Translations under genes and position numbers: made by a program
Shown here: in pieces, positions 29,924-39,830 of the stretch
Layout: every line of letters begins with the position of its first letter
Numbering within the stretch: the stretch's first letter is position 1
Assembly: GCA_963674755.2 (NCBI GenBank)
Contig: CAXXVS010000003.1
Span: forward strand, 1,568,001 to 1,632,000
Length of the DNA: 64,000 nt
Direction of reading: 5' to 3'
From: Desulfobacterales bacterium
Lineage (GTDB): Bacteria; Desulfobacterota; Desulfobacteria; Desulfobacterales; UBA5852
The notes under the pieces: generated by a model
Told to the model about the DNA's origin: nothing
Seen by the model: only the letters and a program-made list of their open reading frames with translations
The model's database searches: none

Positions 29924-31069
29924 CTAGATGATTTTGTTCTTGGCCAGGCGATCGATTTCTTCCGCTTTATAGCCCAACTCCCGCAATAGCGAAACCGTAT
30001 TCTCCCCGAAGCGCACTGGCCGGCTGCGCAGTGATCCGGGCGTCCTGCTCAGCTTGACGGGCGTCCCGATGGTGGGGACCGGCTGGCCGTTGGCATTCGG
30101 GAAGTCGCGGACCATGTCCCGTTGGATAAAAAGATCGTCCTGCAGGGCCTCCTCCAGACGGTGCACCCCGCCGCAGCAGATGTCCAGCCCGGCCATGTCG
30201 TGCTCCCATTCCGCCAGGGTTCGGGTACGGAATTTTGCTCCCAGGGCGGCAATGACGGCCTCCCGTTGCGTTTCGTCGTATTGCAGCGGAATGAATTCCG
30301 GACAGTCCAGAAACCGGCAGAGCTGCTCCCAGAAGCGGGCCTCCACGCATCCCACCGATACAAACCGTCCGTCTTTGGTTGCGTAGGTATTGTAGCAGGC
30401 GTAACGGTGGGAGAGCATACTGTCGCCCCGCTCCGGCAGCGCGCCCAGGAGCTGTTTCATCAGCAGGGCCACGGGCATCATGGCCAGCATGGTATCGGTC
30501 AAGGCGACATCGATGTACTGCCCGCGGCCGGTGCGCTCCCGGCTGAAGAGGGCCAGCAGGATGCCGATCACGCCGTTTACGGCCCCCACGATATCGGCAA
30601 TCTGGATACCGGGGATGGCCGGCGGCCGATCTTTGTAGCCCATGATGTCCAGCACGCCGGCCCGGGCCAGATAGTTGACATCGTGCCCGGCGCGGTCCCG
30701 CAGGGGCCCGGTCTGGCCGAAGCCGGTCAGCGAGCAGTAGACGATATCCGGCTTGGCCGCCTGCACCGTGGCGTAGTCCACCCCCAGGCGCTGGACCACC
30801 CCGGGGCGAAACCCCTCGATGACCACGTCGGCCTCCGCAACCAGCTGGAAGAAAATTTTTGCGCCTTCCGGCGTTTTGAGGTCCAGGGCCATGTGCTCCT
30901 TGTTGCGCATGATGGTGCTCACCATGAGCCCCTCGGCTTCATAGCGGCGGTCTTCCAGGTTGATCACACGGGCGCCGTGGTCGGCCAGGATCATGGAACA
31001 ATAGGGGCCGGGCAGCAGCCGGGAGAGGTCGATCACTTTGATACCTGCTAAGGCACCCTTGTTTGACAT
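29924..31069 (-). CDS. CaiB/BaiF class III CoA-transferase (alpha-methylacyl-CoA racemase-like)
   Basis: IDLSRLLPGPYCSMILADHGA, EGFRPGV, GFGQTGP, AGHDVNY. Confidence 0.92.
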   Translation of the reverse strand: MSNKGALAGIKVIDLSRLLPGPYCSMILADHGARVINLEDRRYEAEGLMVSTIMRNKEHMALDLKTPEGAKIFFQLVAEADVVIEGFRPGVVQRLGVDYATVQAAKPDIVYCSLTGFGQTGPLRDRAGHDVNYLARAGVLDIMGYKDRPPAIPGIQIADIVGAVNGVIGILLALFSRERTGRGQYIDVALTDTMLAMMPVALLMKQLLGALPERGDSMLSHRYACYNTYATKDGRFVSVGCVEARFWEQLCRFLDCPEFIPLQYDETQREAVIAALGAKFRTRTLAEWEHDMAGLDICCGGVHRLEEALQDDLFIQRDMVRDFPNANGQPVPTIGTPVKLSRTPGSLRSRPVRFGENTVSLLRELGYKAEEIDRLAKNKII

Positions 31070-31095
31070 GCAGTCTCCGGATTAGGGGTTAATAG

Positions 31096-31172
31096 CACTC
31101 GGACACGGATGGACTCGGATCTTCACGGACCGAAACCATTTTCACCGCGAAGAACACGAAGGATGAGAAGAA
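31096..31172. repeat. 9-nt periodic CACGGA- and CGAAG-type repeats
   Basis: CACTCGGACACGGATGGACTCGGATCTTCACGGA followed by CACCGCGAAGAACACGAAGGATGAGAAG; same unit type as 19154-19405. Confidence 0.6.
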
Positions 31173-31483
31173 GGCCAATTGCTTCCTTACAAAGCGATTC
31201 GCGGTAATGGAAAATTGATTTCGACCGTCTGCGTGCCCCTGATGGCGGGCATGTGTCAATTTTGATATACCCTTGGATGTTCTTCAAGAGAAATCTTTTT
31301 TGCGTTGAGACGCTTCGCGCAGGGGCTGTCCGCGCCACTCGCCGGCCTTTATGTGTTTTTAGCCGTTCGGCAAGGCCGGTAAATGCCTTTGACAAGCCAT
31401 TTGTTTTTCCTTAAGCTGCCCAACTTGACCGGCCCGGCCGCGCCACTGGCAGCGGCCGGCCACGATTGGCGGAAAGCTTTGCC

Positions 31484-32395
31484 ATGGCCCGAGCACCACA
31501 AACGGTTCACCTGCCGGATTCCCCCCTGGGCGTCGTCTGGGCGACAACGGCCTTTATGATCTGGGGCTTGAGCCCGATCTACTGGAAATCTCTGGCCAGC
31601 GTGCCGGCCTTCGAGATCCTGATGCACCGCATGATCTGGTCGTTCGTTTTTCTGGCCCCCCTGGTCCTGTCCCTGGGGCATTTCAACGACTTCCTGAAAG
31701 CCCTCACCACCGGCCGCACCCTGCTGATCTTAACCGCGACCACCCTGATCGTGGGCTTCAACTGGTTTTTGTTTATCTGGGCCATCAACAGCGGCCATAT
31801 CCTGCAGACCAGCCTGGGGTATTTTATCACGCCCCTGGTCAACGTGCTTCTGGGCGTTGTCTTTCTCCGGGAACGTCTGCGCCGGCTGCAACTGGCGGCG
31901 GTCGGCCTCGCGGCCGTGGGGGTGGCTTATCTGGGCCTGAGCTACGGCCTCTTCCCCTGGGTATCCTTGGCCCTGGCCTTCAGCTTCGGTTTCTACGGCC
32001 TGATCCGCAAGGTGGCGCCGGTGAGTGCGCTGGTGGGCCTTACCGTGGAAACCCTGCTGCTGTCCGTGCCGGCCACCGTTTACCTGGTCTACCTCGATCA
32101 CACCGGACAGGGCGCCTTTTGGCATGCCGGGACCGCCATCACGCTGCTGCTCATGGGGACGGCTCTGGTAACCGGCTTGCCCCTGCTGCTTTTCACCATG
32201 GGGACCAAGCTGCTGCGCCTGTCCACGGTGGGTTTCCTGCAATACCTCAGCCCCAGCTGCAGCTTCCTTCTGGCGGTGTTTGTCTACCGCGAACCCCTTA
32301 TACCGGCCCAGTTGTTCACCTTCGGCTTGATCTGGACAGCGTTGGCGATTTATTCCTACGATTCGGCCGTGGCCCGCAAGACAGCGCAGATTTGA
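31484..32395 (+). CDS. rarD: EamA/DMT family transporter RarD
   Basis: WGLSPIYWK, HRMIWS, SLGYFITPL, YGLIRK, GFLQYLSP. Confidence 0.92.
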   Translation: MARAPQTVHLPDSPLGVVWATTAFMIWGLSPIYWKSLASVPAFEILMHRMIWSFVFLAPLVLSLGHFNDFLKALTTGRTLLILTATTLIVGFNWFLFIWAINSGHILQTSLGYFITPLVNVLLGVVFLRERLRRLQLAAVGLAAVGVAYLGLSYGLFPWVSLALAFSFGFYGLIRKVAPVSALVGLTVETLLLSVPATVYLVYLDHTGQGAFWHAGTAITLLLMGTALVTGLPLLLFTMGTKLLRLSTVGFLQYLSPSCSFLLAVFVYREPLIPAQLFTFGLIWTALAIYSYDSAVARKTAQI

Positions 32396-32972
32396 CCGCC
32401 GATTTACACTGCTGGCCGCCGATGCTAAGCGCTGTTTGCTATTTTTCCCCATCCCCCACAGGAAGGCCACCACCGACAGGATCATCAACAGGATGCCGAA
32501 AGGGGGACTCTTGTCAGCGATGTGCAGGTTCACGCCCGAGACGAGAAGTCCCACGGTCAGCACCATCCAGGCAAAGCGTTTGAGTGAACACCCCGTCCCA
32601 CCAGATGGTCTGACCGAGCACACCGGCGGCAAACGCAATGATGCGCCGGTAGCGCACGGTAAAGGTGGGACCGCCCTTGGGCATCGCGTATGGTCCTGTG
32701 TTGGAAACTCACGGCGCGGGGTGCGGCCACCCGCTTGAAAGCACTTTTGCGGCAGTGGCAGGGGGTGCCGAGCGTGGAACGGTGGATCCGTGGAGGTACT
32801 TGTCGCGTCACGGGCCCGAACGTCGGAGGGGCGCCGGTTTGTCCAAGCGGCGCCTTGTCGGGGAATCCGAGCGCATGTTGTTACTACTGCAAACGGGCCG
32901 GCGGCGTCAACGGCCGGATGGCCGGAACAAAAGTGCGCGGGAAGTCAAAAAGGCCGGCCGGAATCCGCTTTT

Positions 32973-33572
32973 TCAGGTCCGACCGTAAGGGTTTTGACCC
33001 TGGCAACCGCGGCACAGATCGCCGTGCGCTACGGGGTAGGCCTCGCCGCAGCGGGGGCAGGTCGCGATCGGGCCTTTGCTGCGACGGGCGCGAAGGGCGG
33101 GGAGAATTTCCACCGGGGCCAGGGAAAGACAATCCGCTCCGGCCTGGCGGATATTTTCCAGGAGGGCGTCGAAATCCTGGTCGGCTTTGGATCGGCGTTT
33201 GTAGAACCAGCGGTAGAGGTGCGGCCAGGCGGCCAGCTTGGCCGGGTCGAGAAAAACCCGGTGGCCCCGGCCGTTGGATTTGTCATAGAGGGTCAGGGCA
33301 AATTTTTCCAGATCCACGATCCTGAGCCAATGGTTGCCCACGGTGCAGGGGGTGAGCATCTGTACGGCATCGGGCAGACAGCTGGCGGTCTCGCAAAGGG
33401 CGTCGTACAGGATGTTTTCCGGCAGATGCCGGCGGGCGAGGTCGACCATTTTCAGACCGATCACCAGGCCCGGGGCGACGTGGCCGTGAAACGTCCGGAT
33501 GCGCTCCAGCGCCTCAGGGAAGGTGTAGGTGCGGGACCGATGGTCGCGGCACCAAATACCATCCTCTTTCAC
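32973..33572 (-). CDS. FmdE family protein (formylmethanofuran dehydrogenase subunit E-like) with C-terminal zinc ribbon
   Basis: FHGHVAPG, CLPDAVQMLTPCTVGN, CPRCGE...CRGC. Confidence 0.9.
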   Translation of the reverse strand: MKEDGIWCRDHRSRTYTFPEALERIRTFHGHVAPGLVIGLKMVDLARRHLPENILYDALCETASCLPDAVQMLTPCTVGNHWLRIVDLEKFALTLYDKSNGRGHRVFLDPAKLAAWPHLYRWFYKRRSKADQDFDALLENIRQAGADCLSLAPVEILPALRARRSKGPIATCPRCGEAYPVAHGDLCRGCQGQNPYGRT

Positions 33573-33967
33573 TTTACAGGGATCCTGATTTCATTGCCCC
33601 CAGCACTTACCGGGAAAACCTCCAAAGGTTTTCGTGCGGCCCCGCCCACCGGTTCACCGGCATAGGTAAAGGTCGATTTGCTGACACTGCAGCATTCGAT
33701 GCGGTCGTTTCCGGCCAGGGGGTCCATGCGCCGTCCCATATGGGTGCAGCGGTTGCCAAAGGCATGGTAGGCGCCGTCCCCGCCATGCACCACCAGGACG
33801 CGCTTGGGCAAGCCCTTGCCTTCCAGGCGGACGGCGCCGCCGGGCCGGGCGAGTTCCGGCGCCCGATCCAATTGCAGCCGGATGGTCCGGTCGGCATACG
33901 CCCAGCAGGCGTTGTCCGCCGGCAGGGGTGTTTCACAGATGCCGAGCAGGCGTTTCAGGAATTTCAT
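33569..33967 (-). CDS. Rieske-like [2Fe-2S] domain protein with atypical second ligand motif
   Basis: NRCTHMG first motif; ECCSVSKSTF replaces CxxHG.F; GGAARKPL tail. Confidence 0.75.
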   Translation of the reverse strand: MKFLKRLLGICETPLPADNACWAYADRTIRLQLDRAPELARPGGAVRLEGKGLPKRVLVVHGGDGAYHAFGNRCTHMGRRMDPLAGNDRIECCSVSKSTFTYAGEPVGGAARKPLEVFPVSAGGNEIRIPVK

Positions 33968-34033
33968 GCCACCCTCCTCAAATGAGCGTGTTTTCAGGAT
34001 GTCTGCCCTGGCCGCGGTCCCGTGCCGAAGTCT

Positions 34034-36274
34034 TCAAGCCGCTTCCACCCGGCAGGGCACATAGCGGTGCAGGGGCGTTCCCAGGGGGTCCCGGTGGGTG
34101 TTCATGGTCAGACGGTTGACGTTGAAGCCGAAAACCTTGCCGTCGTAGATCAGGCCGAAGCCGTGGGGGATGAGCACCATGCCCCGGCGCACCTGGACGG
34201 AGACCTGCAATTCACCCGTTTCGCTGCCGGCCGCGGTGGTTACCCGGACGGTTTGACCATCCTGCAGCTCTAAAGCTTCGGCATCCTCCGGACTCAGGGC
34301 CACGGTGCAGGCCCGCTTGCCGCGGTTCCATTCCGGGTCGCGCATCAGGGTGTTGGCATTGGTGTCCATGTGGCGTCCGGCATTGAGCACGAGGGGAAAG
34401 TCTTGCGGCAGGGCGAGATCTGCGGCTTCGCGGGCCGGATCGAGGGCGTAGGCCTGGTCGGAGAGCTCGGGAATAAAAAGCTCGATTTTGCCGCTGGGCG
34501 TGGGGAGGTGGGCCAGATTGGCTTCCGGATCCGCCTGGCCGACCCAGAGGCCCTGGGGCGTGTCCACGATGGCCTGGAAGATGCGGTCCCCCTGGTCCAG
34601 GCCCGGCTCGAAGCCGGCCCGGGCCGCGTTTCGGCGAAAAGGTTCGGGGGCGGTCATCAGCATGCCCCACAAGGCGGCCAGGCTGGCGCTGCCCCATTCC
34701 CGGCCCAGGGTGCGGGCCAAGACGAAAGGCATGGTCTTCAGGGCCCGGGGCTCGGCGGCGGCCCACTCCATCAGCCGGGCGCCGAAGGTCAGCCGGTCAC
34801 CCCGGGCGGCCTGGTGCAGGGCTTCCGGGATCTCGGGCACCAGCCCCAGCTTGTCGGCGATCAGGGTGAAGATCTGGGCGGCTTCCAGACACTGTCCCGG
34901 TGGGTCCACGAGGGGGGGCCGCATCTGGAAGTAAACTTCCGGAAACGTCCAGGGAAAGAAGGTGCCGTCCCAGGATTCGTAGTAGGAGCGGCAGGGCAGG
35001 ACGTAATGGGCCCGGCGGGCGGTTTCGCTCATGACCATTTCGTTGACCACCAGGAGATCCAAGCGGTCGAAAGCTTCCTCGTAGGCCGTGGTGTCGGCAT
35101 AGGCCCGCAGAGGGTTGCAGGCGCTGACATAGACCGCGCGCAGGCGTTCGGGATGGTCGCTCAGGATTTCCTCGGGCATGGCGTTGGGCGGAAAGGACCC
35201 GGCGGCCACGGCCGGCAGGTGGGTGGTCATGGTGCGCCAGTTGCGGGGGTTGCGCTCGTCGGCATGAAAGCCCATGGGCATGACCATGCCCGGAATGACA
35301 TTGCCGCCCCGCCGGCCGAAGATGCCGCAGACCGCCCCCAGGATGTGCAACAGGTAGGAGTTGAGGGTGCTGTGGCGTCCCATGTAGAGGCCCAGGTCCG
35401 GGTGCACGCACCAGCGGCGGGTGGCCATCTGCCGGCAGAGATCGCGCACCGGTGCCTCCTCGAGTTCGCAGACCGCCAGGGCGGCCGATACGTCCACGTC
35501 TTCGAACCAGGGGCGCACGGTTTCCCAGCCGTCCACGTGCTGGCGGAGATAGGCGCGGTCCTCCCGGCCTTCGGCCACGATGATGGCGATCATGGCTTTC
35601 ATCAGCAGGGCGTCCGTGCCGGGCCGCAACGCGAGGTGGATATCGGCGATGGCGGCGGTTTCGCTGCGGCGCGGGTCGACGGACACCAGGAGCCGCTGGG
35701 GATCCTTGCTGAAAGCGGTCAGGACCTTGCGGGCCCGGGGCATCTGGTGGCTTTGCATGCCGTTCCAGCCCCAGGCCACGAGCATGTCGGCGGCCTGCTC
35801 GTCCGGGATGGCGATATTGTACTGCCGGCCGAAAACGCGGCCCGTCACCCACCAGTGGCCGCTGAATTCCTGGCCGGCGGAGGAGTAATAATACTGGGAG
35901 CCCAGACCCCGTAGCAGGCCCAGGCCGAAGGCCGCTTCGAAATGGCCGCCCTGGGCGCTGCCCCCCATGTAGGCCAGGCAGTGGGGTCCGTGGCGGTCCG
36001 TGAGTTCCCGCAGCCTATCGGCAATCTCCTGGATGGCCTGGGCCCAGGGAATGGCGACGAAGTCGTCCCCCTCCCGTTTCAGGGGCGTGGTCAGCCGGTC
36101 CCTGGCGTATTGATGGTAGAGGACGTTGAGCCCCTTGCGGCAGACATAGCCCCTGCTACGTGGATTGTCCTTGTCCGGGCGCACCTGCACCATGCGGCCG
36201 TTTGCCACCCGGATTTCGAGGCCGCAATTCTGGGCGCAGAGAACGCATCCGGTTTTATGCCATGTGGTGCTCAT
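34034..36274 (-). CDS. Molybdopterin (bis-PGD) oxidoreductase catalytic subunit, cytoplasmic
   Basis: CVLCAQNC...C [4Fe-4S] motif, VDPRRSETA, RPGTD, SETARRAHYVLP, C-terminal dinucleotide-binding domain; no Tat signal. Confidence 0.9.
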   Translation of the reverse strand: MSTTWHKTGCVLCAQNCGLEIRVANGRMVQVRPDKDNPRSRGYVCRKGLNVLYHQYARDRLTTPLKREGDDFVAIPWAQAIQEIADRLRELTDRHGPHCLAYMGGSAQGGHFEAAFGLGLLRGLGSQYYYSSAGQEFSGHWWVTGRVFGRQYNIAIPDEQAADMLVAWGWNGMQSHQMPRARKVLTAFSKDPQRLLVSVDPRRSETAAIADIHLALRPGTDALLMKAMIAIIVAEGREDRAYLRQHVDGWETVRPWFEDVDVSAALAVCELEEAPVRDLCRQMATRRWCVHPDLGLYMGRHSTLNSYLLHILGAVCGIFGRRGGNVIPGMVMPMGFHADERNPRNWRTMTTHLPAVAAGSFPPNAMPEEILSDHPERLRAVYVSACNPLRAYADTTAYEEAFDRLDLLVVNEMVMSETARRAHYVLPCRSYYESWDGTFFPWTFPEVYFQMRPPLVDPPGQCLEAAQIFTLIADKLGLVPEIPEALHQAARGDRLTFGARLMEWAAAEPRALKTMPFVLARTLGREWGSASLAALWGMLMTAPEPFRRNAARAGFEPGLDQGDRIFQAIVDTPQGLWVGQADPEANLAHLPTPSGKIELFIPELSDQAYALDPAREAADLALPQDFPLVLNAGRHMDTNANTLMRDPEWNRGKRACTVALSPEDAEALELQDGQTVRVTTAAGSETGELQVSVQVRRGMVLIPHGFGLIYDGKVFGFNVNRLTMNTHRDPLGTPLHRYVPCRVEAA

Positions 36275-36334
36275 CGGCTCTCTCCATTGTGCTACGATGT
36301 CTCGTTGGGAAGTGATTCGGTCTCGTCTGGGTTT

Positions 36335-37393
36335 CTATATGAGACCGCGCTCCTTGGCCATGTTCAGGTAGGTTTCAAAGACGTTGGCCGGCGGGACGTA
36401 TTGTTCTTCCTTGCCCTTCTGGCGCATGACCATGGCTTCTTCGGGGCAGGCGCCCACGCACAGACCGCACCCGATGCAGCGTTCCCTGTCGACATGCGCC
36501 ACGTCATCCACGGCGATGGCGTCCATCTGGCAGCGCTCCACGCAAGCCTCGCAGGCGATGCAGTTTTCCGCGACCACTTCGGCATAGTAGTTGGTATGGA
36601 CGACTTTGGCCGGGCTGTCCAGGGTTTTCAGGTTCTTCAGCACCTGGCAGCAGCAGCCGCAGCACATGCAGATGTTGGTGGGCTTTTGGGCATTGCCGGG
36701 CTGGAGCACAAGACCGGCTTCCATGCCGGTCTGTAAAATCTCCAGGGCTTCCTCCGGGGAGACGGCCCGGCCCAGACCGTTTTCTTCATAGTAGTAGGCG
36801 CCGCTGCCGAAGGACAGGCAGACTTCCATGGGCTTACCGCAGCCCTTGCCCACCATGTCATGCTCCCGGCGGCAGATGCAGGGGGAAACCACGATCTTGG
36901 ACTGGCGCCGGATGATGTCTTCGGCCGCCTCGTAGGGCATGGTGCGGATCTCGGCCGACACGCTCTGGGACACCGGCACTACCCGTAGCTGCTTGGTTTC
37001 CTGCTGCATCCAGTTGTTTTTCATCAGGGTGGGCAGATATTCGTTCACATCCCGGATCAGCTCTTCGTCCAAGTCGTTGAGGTGGTATTCCCAGATGCCG
37101 ATCACGAACTGGGCCGCCATGTAGTGATGCTGACCGCCCTTGCTGGAGCGGTAGATCAGCCCCTTGCGGGACATGTCTTCCAGTTGCGGGGCCAGGAGAT
37201 CCGGTTCGCGGCCCAGGCGCTCCGCAATGGCGGCGGCCGGTTCGGGCATCATGGTGAGGCCCAGGGTGACGGCCGCTTCGTCTGCGGTGAAAAGGCGTTT
37301 CAGAATGCGCAGTTCCACGCCGGATTCCGTGGCCGGGAATCCGGCCGGCAGACGATCCAGGTGCCGGGCCAGTTGCTGGTAGACTTCGCTCAT
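36335..37393 (-). CDS. 4Fe-4S binding protein (N-terminal helical domain, Cys-rich core, C-terminal ferredoxin)
   Basis: GFPATESGVE, CICR...C...C, ICMCCGCCC, CIACEACVERC, CIGCGLCVGAC; AAGGAG RBS before ATG 37393. Confidence 0.88.
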   Translation of the reverse strand: MSEVYQQLARHLDRLPAGFPATESGVELRILKRLFTADEAAVTLGLTMMPEPAAAIAERLGREPDLLAPQLEDMSRKGLIYRSSKGGQHHYMAAQFVIGIWEYHLNDLDEELIRDVNEYLPTLMKNNWMQQETKQLRVVPVSQSVSAEIRTMPYEAAEDIIRRQSKIVVSPCICRREHDMVGKGCGKPMEVCLSFGSGAYYYEENGLGRAVSPEEALEILQTGMEAGLVLQPGNAQKPTNICMCCGCCCQVLKNLKTLDSPAKVVHTNYYAEVVAENCIACEACVERCQMDAIAVDDVAHVDRERCIGCGLCVGACPEEAMVMRQKGKEEQYVPPANVFETYLNMAKERGLI

Positions 37394-37423
37394 GGTGAAC
37401 TCCTTGGTTGGTGGTGGGGCGCC

Positions 37424-37614
37424 GTGCCCATCCATAAATGGCATTTTTCGGCCCCTGGCGGCGTTCTCGCCTCCTGTCGGTCCTCGGCGTAGCCGGGCTA
37501 CGCCTGTGGGCATCCTCCGATGAAGAATCCATCAGATGGGAAGTCCCGCTCGGCGGGACGCCCGTCGGCTGCGGCCTTACCAAGAACCAAAATCTACCAT
37601 TTATGGATGGGTAC
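37424..37614. mobile_element. MITE-like element with 18-bp terminal inverted repeats, related to the 27.7-kb repeat unit
   Basis: GTGCCCATCCATAAATGG (37424-37441) / CCATTTATGGATGGGTAC (37597-37614), 17/18 match; interior matches the reverse complement of the 156-bp unit. Confidence 0.7.
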
Positions 37615-37736
37615 TATTTAAATGTTGCGGCCATTCTATCCTTTGTGGTTTGTTAGGGGAAGTGGCATAAATGACAAAATAGATGCGAAATATGCCATCC
37701 CCGGCGGCGCGTCAACCTGATCTGCGGGAGGGATTC

Positions 37737-38723
37737 GTGACCCATATCACCTGTCTGGTGTTGGAGGACTGCCTGTTTTCAGCAACCGCGGGCCTGATGG
37801 ATGCCTTCAGCATCGCCAACCTGTGGCAGGCGTCCTTAGACGAGGAAAACCCGACGCCGCTTTTTGAAAGCGAAATCGTGAGCGTGGATGGAGGGCCGGT
37901 GACGGCCCGGGGCGGAATCCGGCTGCAGCCCCAGCGCTCCATGGCGGCGGTGGACCACACCGATGTCATCCTGGTGCCCCCGCTGCTGCCCAACGTCGGT
38001 CCCGCGCCGCCCGGTATCGAGGACGTGCTGGACTGGCTGACCGATCACTACCGGCGGCAAACCCTGATCGGGGCGTTGTGCACGGGCACGTTTATTCTCG
38101 CGGAAACCGGACTGCTGGACGGCCGCCAGGCCACCACCAACTGGCAGTACGCCCGGATGTTCCGTCGGCGTTTCCCCCGGGTGCGCCTGCAACCCGACAA
38201 GGTCATGACCGAGGACCGCGGTTTGATCTGCTCCGGGGCGGCGACCTCCTTTTTTCAGCTGGCCCTCCATCTGATCGATACCTTTGGCTCCGAAGATCTG
38301 GCCCGCATCTGCGCCAGGGTCCTGCTGGTGGATCCCAACCGGGAGAGCCAGGCCCCTTATGCGGTATTGGATTTTCCCCGGGACCATGGCGATACCGAGG
38401 TGCTCAAGGCGCAACGGGTGATGGAGCAGCGCTTTGCCAAACCCCTGGCCATCGATGCCGTCGCGCGGGAGGTGGGCATCAGCCCGCGCCATTTCAAACG
38501 GCGCTTCAAACAGGTGGTCGGGGAAACCCCGCTGGGGTATCTGCAGCGGGTGCGCATCGAAGCGGCCAAGCACAAGCTGGAGCGCTCGCGCGCACCGGTC
38601 AGTGAAATCACCTGGCAGATCGGCTATGCCGACACCAGCTCCTTCTGCCGGCTGTTTAAGAAGACCACCGGTCTTAGCCCGCGGGATTACCGCGAACGAT
38701 TCCGGCGGCAAGGGATACATTGA
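37737..38723 (+). CDS. GlxA/FtrA family AraC regulator (DJ-1/PfpI domain + HTH)
   Basis: ALCTGTFILAETGLLDGRQATTNW, ISPRHFKRRFK, IGYADTSSF; GTG start with GGAGG RBS (ATG 37683 alternative). Confidence 0.9.
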   Translation: MTHITCLVLEDCLFSATAGLMDAFSIANLWQASLDEENPTPLFESEIVSVDGGPVTARGGIRLQPQRSMAAVDHTDVILVPPLLPNVGPAPPGIEDVLDWLTDHYRRQTLIGALCTGTFILAETGLLDGRQATTNWQYARMFRRRFPRVRLQPDKVMTEDRGLICSGAATSFFQLALHLIDTFGSEDLARICARVLLVDPNRESQAPYAVLDFPRDHGDTEVLKAQRVMEQRFAKPLAIDAVAREVGISPRHFKRRFKQVVGETPLGYLQRVRIEAAKHKLERSRAPVSEITWQIGYADTSSFCRLFKKTTGLSPRDYRERFRRQGIH

Positions 38724-38844
38724 GAGGAAAAAGACGCCCGAAATTTAAAGCGTCCGTTCAAAAAGCGTTTGACAGCTTTTCGCTTATAGGGCACCTACTT
38801 TCCTGATAAAGCGATTCGGTAATCGAGGACGGAGGGGGACCAGG

Positions 38845-39270
38845 ATGGGGCAGGCGGAGCTGGAAAAAATCAAGACCATGGTGGGGGACTACCGCCGGTT
38901 CAAATTGAAGTTCATCCAGTTCAGCAAACACTGCCAGGAACTGGTGCGGGAAAACAATCTGCCCGAAATTACGGTGGGCGAGATCCGGGGCAATGCCGCC
39001 ACCTGGGTGGTCATGGATCGATCCGTCCTGGTCCGCTTCGGGCTGGTGCATGCATCGGACCGCACCTTCCGGGGGCGCATCGATTTCGACCTGCCGCCGG
39101 GACTGAACGACAATCGCCCCCAAACGGTTTTTACTCTCTATTTCGACCGCAAGGGCAATATGCTGGAGAGCACCTCGGATGCCTTCAGCAATCGCCGGAT
39201 CATTGACGAACACGACGTGCCTTTCCTTTTGGACCGCTTTCTGCACAAATTTCTGCAGCACCTGATCTGA
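38845..39270 (+). CDS. Hypothetical protein
   Basis: GGAGG RBS, GC3-biased codons; no family recognised. Confidence 0.65.
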   Translation: MGQAELEKIKTMVGDYRRFKLKFIQFSKHCQELVRENNLPEITVGEIRGNAATWVVMDRSVLVRFGLVHASDRTFRGRIDFDLPPGLNDNRPQTVFTLYFDRKGNMLESTSDAFSNRRIIDEHDVPFLLDRFLHKFLQHLI

Positions 39271-39830
39271 AGCGCGGCTCGCCGGAAGGTTGGCAGGCTG
39301 CTCCCTTGCACTCCGGTTGGCAAGGCTTATTATAGGCGTGCAGGTCAAGTCATCGCCGGCCGGCGATCGATGCGATCCGGAAAGGTTTTGACTTCACCCT
39401 CCAGGATTGCTAATCATTCGTTATCGCAATCTTTGGATGGCCATCCTGTAGAGTCGCACACCCGCATCAAGATCGTTTTGCTCACACGCTTTACACCATA
39501 TCCGCGCGATTGCCGAATCGGGGTGCGGGGATAGCGGATATCCGTTTGGCGCTGCCTTGACAGAGGCGGGAAGCATTGCGACGACCCTTCTGATTTGCCT
39601 GATATGTGTATCCTGGACAAACCCGTCGGAGCCGGTATGCGGCGGAGCATCACCCCCAATTGCGCCAGGGGCGAGCGCCGTGGTTAAAGCGGGATGCTTC
39701 CTGGAGCGAATACTTCTAACGTGGACCCATGACCGCCATGGACGGAAACGCTGCCCTGAACGGGGCGGGTGGCCGGGGTGGCATTTCAGGCGGTAACCCC
39801 AACATAATCCTGTTTGGTGAGGAGGATACG

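Noticed and set aside
34034..36274. Selenocysteine recoding or formate dehydrogenase assignment for the Mo enzyme
   Set aside because: The ORF is uninterrupted and lacks the FDH (C/U)H ligand motif
39300..39830. Riboswitch (c-di-GMP-I or other) upstream of the Ysc84 gene
   Set aside because: GGACAAACCC resembles the start of the motif, but the GAAA tetraloop/receptor and GCAAAG elements are not recognisable
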